64,000 nt of DNA, taken from positions 32,001 to 96,000 of the forward strand of contig CAWFGE010000009.1 in NCBI GenBank assembly GCA_963815195.1, given 5' to 3'. The DNA comes from an uncultured Planctomycetaceae bacterium. Its GTDB lineage: Bacteria; Planctomycetota; Planctomycetia; Planctomycetales; Planctomycetaceae. The position numbers and the translations under genes are program-made. Below are positions 10,247 to 19,071 of this stretch, in pieces (within the stretch, counting starts at the first letter, position 1; every line of letters begins with the position of its first letter). The notes below the pieces were generated by a model that saw only the letters and a list, made by a program, of their open reading frames with translations, ran no database searches and was not told where the DNA came from.

Positions 10247-11382
10247 CAGGGTTTCTCCGCAACGGCGGGTTTGGGGGCTAACACGCGAATGATGTGGGCG
10301 CGCACATCCATCACAAAGATGCGGCTGGCATCGCGATTGACTTCAATGGGGATATAGCACGATTGGGCCGCCAACCGGCTACCGCGATCGAACACGGTCG
10401 TATCCACATAGCCGACCAGCCCCAAATACATGCCGTCGGCGGAATAGGTCTTCACGCGGCCGACGCCGGATTCGGCGGTATAAAGCACACCGTTCGGCCC
10501 GAAATCGAAGTTGACCGGATTGCAACACGCGGCAAAACCTTCGAGGCTTTGTCGGTCGCGGCGGCCCCAGGTGTCGTGCGGGTGGCCCTCGAAGGAAAAC
10601 CGATTCACCCGGTGCCGGGAGTTCTCCGCGACCAGGAGCAGATCGCCTTTCGTGTCCAGATCGATATGGGAGCAACAGCCGAATTGCCGTTTCACGATGA
10701 GTTGGGGATCGCTGAAATCCCGGCGGAATCGCACGATGTCTTCCACCGCCCGCAGACTGAATCCATCGCCAAACGCGACGAAGAAGAACGTCTCGTTGGC
10801 CGTCACGCCGCTGATGTGGGCATCCTTGTACTGCCCCTCCAAAATGCTCGCGGTGTCAAGAACCTGCAGGAGTTTTCCGTCGTTCGCAAAACGGGCGAGC
10901 TTGCCGTGCCCTCCCAAATAGATCGTGCCGTCCTGGCAGCCGTGAATCATTGTCGGCGTGACCGCTGTCATGGGCCACGTGGCCAGGACGGTCCCCGCTT
11001 CATCGACAACTTTGATGGCATAATTCCGCGGCTCCAGAGGTTCAAGCACGCCCAGACCCCGAGTAAGATGTCGGCGGAGCATCATGTCTTCACGGGTGAT
11101 CTTCCGAGGAGGGGCAGGAGGTTCGGGATCCCGCGCCGCTTCCTCGGGATCCCTCGCGGACCAACTCACACCGCAAAGGAGACGGCCCCGAGAATCCATC
11201 GCCATAGTTTCGATCTTGCCGTTCGGGCCGATCTCGAATTGGATCGGGGCAACCTCCCGGTGGGTCGGCTCCTCCAGATTGTTTGCCTTGGCAACGAGGG
11301 CCGCCCCGAAAACAATGCTGGCGGCGCCAATCAGTTTGTATCGCAAACAGCCGGCGGGCGATGACATAGGGAATACCTCCAC
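10246..11382 (-). CDS. Secreted NHL-like protein with two vicinal-Cys motifs
   Basis: Signal peptide; FGCCSHID and FAACCNP; paralogous to the C-half of 7183..8145. Confidence 0.75.
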   Translation of the reverse strand: MEVFPMSSPAGCLRYKLIGAASIVFGAALVAKANNLEEPTHREVAPIQFEIGPNGKIETMAMDSRGRLLCGVSWSARDPEEAARDPEPPAPPRKITREDMMLRRHLTRGLGVLEPLEPRNYAIKVVDEAGTVLATWPMTAVTPTMIHGCQDGTIYLGGHGKLARFANDGKLLQVLDTASILEGQYKDAHISGVTANETFFFVAFGDGFSLRAVEDIVRFRRDFSDPQLIVKRQFGCCSHIDLDTKGDLLLVAENSRHRVNRFSFEGHPHDTWGRRDRQSLEGFAACCNPVNFDFGPNGVLYTAESGVGRVKTYSADGMYLGLVGYVDTTVFDRGSRLAAQSCYIPIEVNRDASRIFVMDVRAHIIRVLAPKPAVAEKP

Positions 11383-11490
11383 GGTTAGGAAATGCTGCGG
11401 AATTCCCTAGACGGATCTCGGCCTCGGGAGTTGAGGAAGCCGAGCGCAGCAGAATGCGGTCATGCACATCGTCGAAACCGCAAATACAGA

Positions 11491-11585
11491 AACGGTCCAC
11501 ATGCAGTTATTCCTCGAAGCGGAACAACTCGCATGGATCCCTCCGGGGGATCGGACATGTCACAGACTTTGCGGACCCGTGCTGC
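11491..11585 (-). promoter_or_regulatory. Nested stem-loops directly after the small leader ORF
   Basis: Inverted repeats on the minus strand: acgggtccgca/tgtggaccgt, gatccc/gggatc, catgcgagttgttcc/ggaataactgcatg. Confidence 0.5.
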
Positions 11586-12029
11586 TTACGTGCGCGGAGG
11601 ATGCTCAATGCGGAGCGGATAACCATCGGAAAGATGGAGAGCCGCAAACATCGAGAGGGCCCACTGGGCCTTTGGCGATGGCTCGGCTTCGGCGACCGGT
11701 TGCCAAAGGTGGTCGAATCCTGCCGGCGCTCTGGACGTTGGAACTATCGGCACTGGCGGATTCGGATCGCGGCCGCAGTTCGGTCTCCGGCAAGGCGGAG
11801 GGGCGGGCCGGGAAGAATGCGATTCTGAAGAGGTCCGATTGGTGGCCTCTTCATCTATTTCCGTTTTCTTTCCCGCGTGCGACAAATAGTCCCCGCACGT
11901 GGCAAAAACGGATGCGGGCAAGGCGGCGCAGAGGACGAGCGCTAGGCTCGTCCCACAAAACAAAACGCGAGGATCGGGGGAACAGCCGATATGAGATTTC
12001 GACGGGAATGGAGAATTGCCGATCAACAT
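11586..12029 (-). CDS. Small secreted Cys-containing protein ending RIEHPPRT (DUF2946-like leader candidate)
   Basis: Hydrophobic signal, ATCGDYL, CRRPNC, Pro-rich linker, PP-containing C-terminus; lies upstream of the operon in the same orientation. Confidence 0.6.
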   Translation of the reverse strand: MLIGNSPFPSKSHIGCSPDPRVLFCGTSLALVLCAALPASVFATCGDYLSHAGKKTEIDEEATNRTSSESHSSRPAPPPCRRPNCGRDPNPPVPIVPTSRAPAGFDHLWQPVAEAEPSPKAQWALSMFAALHLSDGYPLRIEHPPRT

Positions 12030-12373
12030 ATCAATGCACGATAAAGCGAGAGTCGGTGAATGTCAATCCGGCGACTGATTCGGCTCGCGGCGACTTCGCA
12101 ACTTCACGGCGGCGAACCCGCGAAAACATTCGCCAATCTCTTTCACACGTTGGTGAAAGATTCACCGCAACAGTCTGACGTCGACAATGAATTCCACTGC
12201 GAATGGGAATCCCATCAGGCATATTCTACAACATGGCCAACCGTCCCTGCATGGTGCCGAACCGCTTTTATTATTGGGACGCGTTCAACGATCCGGATCG
12301 GCGAAGGGCCGGGACCGGCCTGGGGCTGGCCCAACGAATTGACCGTGGTGCCTTGGTATGGAAAGGACGAATT

Positions 12374-14064
12374 ATGACCTGGTCGGCGGCGAATGCCGTG
12401 GGGAAAATCGGACGGGAATACGCGGGGCGTTTGCATGTTTGCCAGGGGTGCAGCGCCGGGGGCGATGTGTCCGATTGGTCGCTGGGATAAACCGAAGCCG
12501 GTGGCAACAAAATCGAAACCTGCCGTGACGGCGACGCTGGAAACCGAACGCATCGCCCGCGATGTGACCATCGGCATTTCCGCCTTCCGTCGGCCAGGCT
12601 GCGTGGAACGGCTTGGTGAAATCCATTCGCCAGTTCTATCCGACCACGCGAATCATCATCGGCGACAATGGCGATCAGCCCGCAAACGTGGCCGACGACC
12701 ATCTGACTTATCTGCGGTTGCCGTTCAACATCGGTTTGTCCGCCACGCGGAATCGGATCGTGGATGCACTTGCAAACGCCATATCTGTGGCTGTTGGATG
12801 ACGATTACGAATTCACGGCGGAAACGCGATTGCAGCCGGTTCTTGGATGTGCTGGATGCCGATGACGCATCGGCGTGGTCGGTGGGGCCTTGGTGGAAGA
12901 TGGCCAACCGGCTTCCACTTGGGCACAACGCTTGGTGCTGGAAAACGGCGTGCTTGAACGGCAAACCCGTGCGGCGGGATATTCAATTCGCGGGCCAGAC
13001 GCAATATCTATCTGGCCGACACCGCCAACAACTTCGCGTTGTTCCGCCGCGAAATGCTGGCCGACCATCGTTGGACCGAACCGCTGAAACTTCGCGAACA
13101 CGCCGATTACTATTGGCGGGTCAAACAGGCGGGCCAGTGGCAGGTCGCCGTTTGCGAACAGGTCCGCTGCAAGCACCTGCGGGTTCAGTCGCCCGAATAT
13201 AAGGAACACCGGCATCGGAATCACGAATTCTTAAACACGATGCTGGACCTGTCGGGCCTAAAAGAATTGAACATCCTGCCCGGCAGCGATCCCCGCATGG
13301 CCGTGGACGGTCGGCCCAACATCGTCGTCTTGGGCGTGGGCAATTCGGGCACCACCATCGTCACCAAAATGCTGCATGCCTTGGGTTGGCAGGCGGCGGA
13401 CGCCGATGAGACGTTCGGGGAATCCGTGCGGCTTCGGGACATCAATGAATCGGGGGATTTCAGCGGGGCGGCGGAATACCTGGCCGGCTTGCCGCAACCG
13501 TGGGCGATCAAAGATCCCCGGCTGGTTCGCACGTTGGGCCGTTGGCAGCCGTTCTTATTGCCGTATAAGCCCGTGTTGGTTTGGGTGATTCGCGACCGCG
13601 AATCCGTGCTGGAATCGAAACGCAAACGCGGTGTGCCGCGGGAATCGGCGTCGGGGCAATACGATTCGCAGATTCGGCAGGCGGGGCGGTTGTATGCGGC
13701 ATGGACGGGACCGAAATGCTGGATCGAATATGAACGGTTGGCGGATGCCGTGGGGTTGTGGCGGGATGGGAATGGGAAATTGTCGCGGGATCGGGCGCGG
13801 GAAATTGCCGTGCGGTTGGGGACGGAATTGACGGAAGCGGAATTGGATCGGCTGTATGATGTTGCTTGTGAATTTGCGGGCGACGAATGGAAGTACGTGG
13901 GCCAGGATGCGGGTGGGCTTTGGATGGTGGCTTCGGGCTTGCCTGCTGGCGTGCGGTTGGTTTGCGAGGGCGTGCGGGCGGATGTGGTGGAACGGGTGCG
14001 GGTGGTGAGGGGAGAATTTGTGGGAAACGGGTTTGCAAAACGCCCACCGGTTGGAAGAACATAA
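12374..14064 (+). CDS. GT2 glycosyltransferase fused to a sulfotransferase-like P-loop domain, split by indels
   Basis: DVTIGISAFRRP, IIIGDNG, NIGLSATRN and LLDDD across frames; then NIVVLGVGNSGTT and WAIKDPRL in 13039..14064. Start uncertain. Confidence 0.72.
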
Positions 14065-14119
14065 GAACGAATGCGCGAATGTTGCTATACTGAGCCCGAA
14101 CGATTTTGGGGAGATTCGC

Positions 14120-14791
14120 ATGAGTGCTAACGAAGAAGCGTTTGCTTTCCATACCATCGTGGGTGAACATTCAGATCCACTAATTGATATCAAGCGCGGT
14201 GCCAGGAAGATTTTCGGGATTGGATTAAGCCGCACCGGAACGAAGAGTCTGGCGGCCGCGTTGAATCTGGTCGGGGTCAAAACCAAGTGGTATCCGCAAG
14301 ATCCCACTACGTTCCAAGAGTTGGCTGCGGGCAATTATCGGTTGAGCATTCTGGAACAGTATGACGCCTTGACGGATACGCCGGTCGTTCCGTTTTACCC
14401 GCAGTTTGACCAATTATATCCAGGCAGCAAATTCATCCTCACGGTGCGAGAGAAAGAATCGTGGCTCCGCTCGTGTGAAAAACATTGGCGAAACTTGAAT
14501 CTTCGCGGGTTGGAAACCGACGACGCCCCGGTTTGGCGAAAATTCGCGTTCTTTATTGACTGCTGTGTGTACGGTTGCAATGGCTTTAATCCCTCCCGAT
14601 TTGCCTATGTTTACGACCGGCATGTGGAGAACGTGATGCAGTATTTCGACTCTCGCATCGGCACGGATCTGTTGGTGCTTAATGTATGTTCGGGAGAGGG
14701 ATGGGAAAAGTTGTGCCCATTTCTAGGGCTGCAGTCGCGAGCAGGATCCTTTCCGATCGTCAATGATTTCAATTCCGCTCTTTTGGGATAG
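14120..14791 (+). CDS. Sulfotransferase family protein (Sulfotransfer_4-like)
   Basis: KIFGIGLSRTGTKSL, YPGSKFILTVR..ESWL.S, EGWEKLCPFLG. Confidence 0.88.
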   Translation: MSANEEAFAFHTIVGEHSDPLIDIKRGARKIFGIGLSRTGTKSLAAALNLVGVKTKWYPQDPTTFQELAAGNYRLSILEQYDALTDTPVVPFYPQFDQLYPGSKFILTVREKESWLRSCEKHWRNLNLRGLETDDAPVWRKFAFFIDCCVYGCNGFNPSRFAYVYDRHVENVMQYFDSRIGTDLLVLNVCSGEGWEKLCPFLGLQSRAGSFPIVNDFNSALLG

Positions 14792-14878
14792 CGACATCAT
14801 TGACTTTAGAAAAGGGTAGAGGAGGGTCGAGGAACGACTTGAGTGGTTTATTATGGCTTAATGGGGGAGTTATAATTG

Positions 14879-15286
14879 TTACGGCGGTTCGTTATTCAAA
14901 AGGCGGAAGTGGTAAGGATAATCCTCTGCGCGTTCCAGCTTTCCACTCTCGTAAAACTCCTCCAATTGATTTGAAATGGATTCTTCCGAATAATCTCCCC
15001 CTTCTATACTCTCTAGATACTGACATAAGCGCCATGCATCAAAAATATCCTCGCCATCAACGATGCCAACATGTGCATCTACTACGGTGGAATCTTTGTC
15101 GCATCGAAAACGGATTCCGACACCGTGGGGGTGAGCTTCCCAAGTTAATTCTTCAAGTTTGATATATTTGGGGACAGTGTCGCGTAGGTTGAGTTCGTCC
15201 AATTGTCCATTTAGATTTGCTTGGAGTACCTTCAGTAGCGCTCGTTGGATTGCAACGAATGTCTTAATTATCTCGATCGTTAGCAT
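14879..15286 (-). CDS. Putative immunity protein (DUF6896-like) of cassette 4
   Basis: Starts about 10 nt after the ParB-like tip; W..HPHGVGIRF...VVDAH motif; AT-rich. Confidence 0.65.
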   Translation of the reverse strand: MLTIEIIKTFVAIQRALLKVLQANLNGQLDELNLRDTVPKYIKLEELTWEAHPHGVGIRFRCDKDSTVVDAHVGIVDGEDIFDAWRLCQYLESIEGGDYSEESISNQLEEFYESGKLERAEDYPYHFRLLNNEPP

Positions 15287-15296
15287 AGTATTTCCC

Positions 15297-16690
15297 TCAC
15301 CAGCGATGAGATAATCCCAGGTTTTCTGCAGCCTCAGCAGCTTGTTGAAGCAACTTTTCCCCATACTCTTCGCTGACTTCTTCAATAATGACAGGGATCT
15401 TTTTTATGCCAGCAGAACCAGCCGCTCGTGCTCGGTGATGGCCATCGATGATGATTTTTCGACCTTTGACAATTGCGATCCGAATTGGCTTAGTTGGATC
15501 AAAGCCCTTCGTTTTCATCGACTTCGTGAGTCGTTTGAGTTGGCTGCTTGAAAATTCGCTTTTCAACTGCCTTCCATAAAGTTCTCGTACTGGCACTAGT
15601 AATCATGTGTCCCCTGTATTATGCACCAAAACGCCAATCCGCCCACTTGGTAAACATGCTCCCCTTGGACTTCCAGGTTATAGACGCGCTCCGGCTTCTC
15701 TCGCGGTAAAGCCTTCACGAATTTGGCGGTATGGCCAGCGGCTTGCAGGGTTTCGCCGGGTTTGAGTTCGTCGGCGCGGATGGTTCTTGCCGGTCCACGC
15801 TCCAGAAGCGGTGGTTTGGTGTGCTGCCGATGGGTTTGGGTTGGCCTTCGATGTAAATGTCGATGACTTGGGCGGCGTCGTGGATGAACTTGCCGGTGAT
15901 GATCGGGCCATCGCCGGGTTGGATTTTTGGGCAGGGGCCGATGGACAGGACCAAGGCTTCGTCATTCACTCCGCACTCGGGAATCGAGATGTGGATCCGG
16001 CCGCCCGCTTTGGCTTGATTTAGATCCAGCCACCATAGAGGACGCAGCAATTCAATCCGGCAGTTCCCGCCGCTCTCTTTTTCCGCCCGCAGAATGATCT
16101 GCCGCCAGGTCGCGGAATCGACGTCCACGCCGAACCGGTCGTCGAAATCTCCCTTCGGATTATGGGCGTTCGTCCGCTCGCCCACTCGCACTTCGCCAAT
16201 GGGCTTGGTATGCGGGCATCGCTGCTCGGCAAGAGGAACGCGATCGCTAATAGCAAGGTAACAATCCCGCCCGTCACGCCGGCCCAGGCGCGGCCGACCC
16301 ACTTGGGCGGTTTCTTGCGCTGCCCGGTATCTCTCGGTTTTGGTTTGGGCTTGGTAGGAACTTCCATCGGAATGGCTTCGATATTTGCAATCGGTCGGGA
16401 AATCAGCGGCGGATCTTCCTCCAGTCTATCAAGCAAATGGTTCTCCGTGAACTCCCGAAAGACCGCAGCATGGGCGGTTTCGATTTCGCTTGGTTCAAGA
16501 ATCACCGGCCCCTCGCCAGCCAAGGCCGATTGCAATTGCCGAGTGCTCCGGCCCGGAACTAGTTTGTCGAACAGTTCTTCCGCCTTTTGCTGCATGTCGT
16601 TCACGTCGGCCTTTTCCGCGGCCAACGCGGCGAGCGTCTCCGTCAACGCCGCTTGCAAGCCCTCTTTGAGTTCCCTTGAGTTCCCTGAGC
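15297..16690 (-). pseudogene. Orphan toxin cassette 4: internally deleted pre-Hint region, Hint variant B, ParB/Srx-like toxin tip
   Basis: Homologous to the main toxin; VYNLEVQGEHVY..VLVHN (HN at 15623-15618); tip has IIDGHHRARAA; in-frame TGA at 15605-15603. Confidence 0.82.
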
Positions 16691-16703
16691 TACTGACAAC
16701 ACA

Positions 16704-17189
16704 TCAATCGGTAAGTATCAGGCTTATAATAGTTTCTCGATCGTAAAATGAATTTGAAGTATCACCCACTGGGCATAAGTCATACGCTGCATAGGACCGA
16801 TCGAATTCCTGCACATCGAAGCTAACGCGAATCGACTTATACTTTGGCTTCACTGCGTTCACAGACAAAACCCGACCCTCTGTCCCATAGGGCGCCAGCC
16901 CCCGACCTGGGATTGTCACGACGACGACCGGATCCCCTACTTTGTAATGAGATAGAACGGACGCTAGTTCCGCTAAGGCTTGGCATAGCTGCGAATCCCC
17001 ACCATTACAATCCATCGCGAAAATCAATACACGGAGTTTCGCAGGGGAAAGGCTACATTTGAGGACTCGTTCGGTAGAATCAACGAACTCCGGCAAAGAA
17101 AATCCTTGTCCGCGAAGTACCGCTTCCAACCTTGCGAACTGAGATACAGTTAAATTGAGGGAATATTCATAATCCATCCAAATCACCAT
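16704..17189 (-). CDS. Putative immunity protein of cassette 3 (no recognisable family)
   Basis: 161 aa, AT-rich, directly downstream of the PIN-like tip. Confidence 0.65.
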   Translation of the reverse strand: MVIWMDYEYSLNLTVSQFARLEAVLRGQGFSLPEFVDSTERVLKCSLSPAKLRVLIFAMDCNGGDSQLCQALAELASVLSHYKVGDPVVVVTIPGRGLAPYGTEGRVLSVNAVKPKYKSIRVSFDVQEFDRSYAAYDLCPVGDTSNSFYDRETIISLILTD

Positions 17190-18738
17190 TAGCGACGTAC
17201 TACGGAGGACAGAGTTTCTTGAAATGTCCCGAATTTAGTCCAGAAGCTGGCATTTGTTTGCCGATCTTCTCCCAGATTTCGGGGTGATGCTTGCTGACAG
17301 CCTCAAGAGTCTCCATTGTAGTCTTCAATGCCTGCTCTGGACCGACCTTGTTGCTTGCACGAATAACTTGGTTCATCCCTTGAAGTGCTTGAAGTTTTCT
17401 GTGATCAAGATGCCGCCCTCTTTCTCAACCATCTCACGAATCGCATCGTCGGTCATTCCAGACGTAACCTTTTGCACATTATATCCCGCATTCGTGAGAT
17501 CGTCTACCATATAAAAGACATTCTCATCGATCCAGATCATGGGCAGTTCGCCTGTTGTGTTGTGGACGAGTACCCCCAATGGTGAAACTCGATAAACGTG
17601 TTCGCCTTGGATTTCCAGGTTGTAGACGCGTTCGGGGTTTTCTCTCGGGACGGCCTTCAGGAACTTTATAGTGTCACCGGCAGCTTGCAGGGTTTCGCCG
17701 GGTTTTAGCTCATCGGCCCGCACGAACTCTTGGCGGTCAACCGACCAGAAGCGGTGGTTGGGGGTGCTGCCGATGGGTTTGGCTTGGCCTTCGATATAGA
17801 CATCGATGACCCGGGCGGCGTCGTGGATGAACTTGCCGGTGATGATTGGACCATCGCCGGGGGCAATCGGCGGGCAAGGGCCGATGGAGAGAACCAGGGC
17901 TTCGTCGTTCACGCCGCATTCGGGAATCGAGATGTGGACTCGGCCGCCGACTTTGGCTTGATTGAGATCTAGCCACCAGGTTGGCCGGAGCAATTCGATC
18001 CAGCAGTTCCCGCCGCCTTCTTTTTCGGCCCGTAGAATGATTTGCCGCCAGGTCGCGGGATCGACATCCACGCCAAACTTGTCGTCGAAATCTCCTTTCG
18101 GATGATGGGCATTCGACCGCTCGCCCAATCGCACTTCGCCGATGGGTTTCGTGTGCGGCCCGCTGCTACTCGGCAAGAGAAACGCCAGCGCCAACAGCCC
18201 TGTCACTATTACACCGGTCAGCCCGGCCCAAGCGCGGCTGACCCACTTGGGCGGCTTGTTATTCTTCCTGGAACCTCTAGGCTTTGGTTTCGGCTTGATA
18301 GGCGCTTCCATCGGAACGGCTTCGATATTTGCAATCGGTCGGGAAATCAGCGGCGGCTCTTCCTCTAGCGTATCAAGAGAATTGCCTTTCGTGAACTCCA
18401 GAAACACTTCCGCGCGGGCGGCTTCGTCTGGCTCGACAACAACCGGCCCCTCGCCGGCGAAGGCCGGTTGCAATTGCGGCGTGCTCTGACCCGGGAAGAG
18501 TTTGTCGAACAGTTCTTCCAGCTTAACGAGCAGTTCGCCGAAGGGCATGAAGTTCGTCACGCTATTCGCGAAGGGGTCGAATTCCTCCGACAGGTCTTCC
18601 CCAGTCCCCAGCGAGTTTCCAAAGCGTTTCTTCCACAATTCGTAAGCCAGCGGACTGAGCACTAGAATCCCCAACGCGCTAACCACCAGAAACACCTTCA
18701 GCTTCTCGCCGCCCTCGCCGTCCAGGTGTACTTCGGTC
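17190..18738 (-). pseudogene. Orphan toxin cassette 3: TM-containing insertion, Hint variant B, PIN-like (DUF5615-type) tip
   Basis: Begins at TEVHLDGEGG, without the catalytic Cys. Tip WIDENV...GMTDDAI...GILITENFKHF continues past a 1-nt homopolymer indel near 17376. Confidence 0.8.
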
Positions 18739-18761
18739 TATTCGAAATGCGGTTCACAGTG

Positions 18762-18971
18762 CTACGCCAGAATCTCTATTCCAATTAATTCCTTTTTCGA
18801 ATCAAAATCCAAATAGACACGCGGCCCCTTATAGTCTTCAATAATCTCGTGAAGCCCTATCGTTCGGGCCACACAGCCAGATGTAGGTTGTTTCGGAAAT
18901 CCAGGTAACTTGATGTACGCAGTAGCTGTATTTGTTGAACTCGCTTCAAACTGAATATTATCAATTGACAT
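18762..18971 (-). CDS. DUF2283-like protein, putative immunity protein of cassette 2
   Basis: AYIKL...VARTI...YLDFD...LIGIEIL pattern. Confidence 0.75.
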   Translation of the reverse strand: MSIDNIQFEASSTNTATAYIKLPGFPKQPTSGCVARTIGLHEIIEDYKGPRVYLDFDSKKELIGIEILA

Positions 18972-19071
18972 AGCGATTAGTTACTCCGGATTGTTCAAGC
19001 TGTTTTTCTGCGATTATTTGACAATGAAAAGAGGAATCTCGGCATACAAACGATATTGAATAACTGCCACT

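Noticed and set aside
15603..15605. Selenocysteine or recoded TGA
   Set aside because: Lies in a linker of an already decayed cassette; not a Cys-equivalent position; TGA is used as stop elsewhere in the window.
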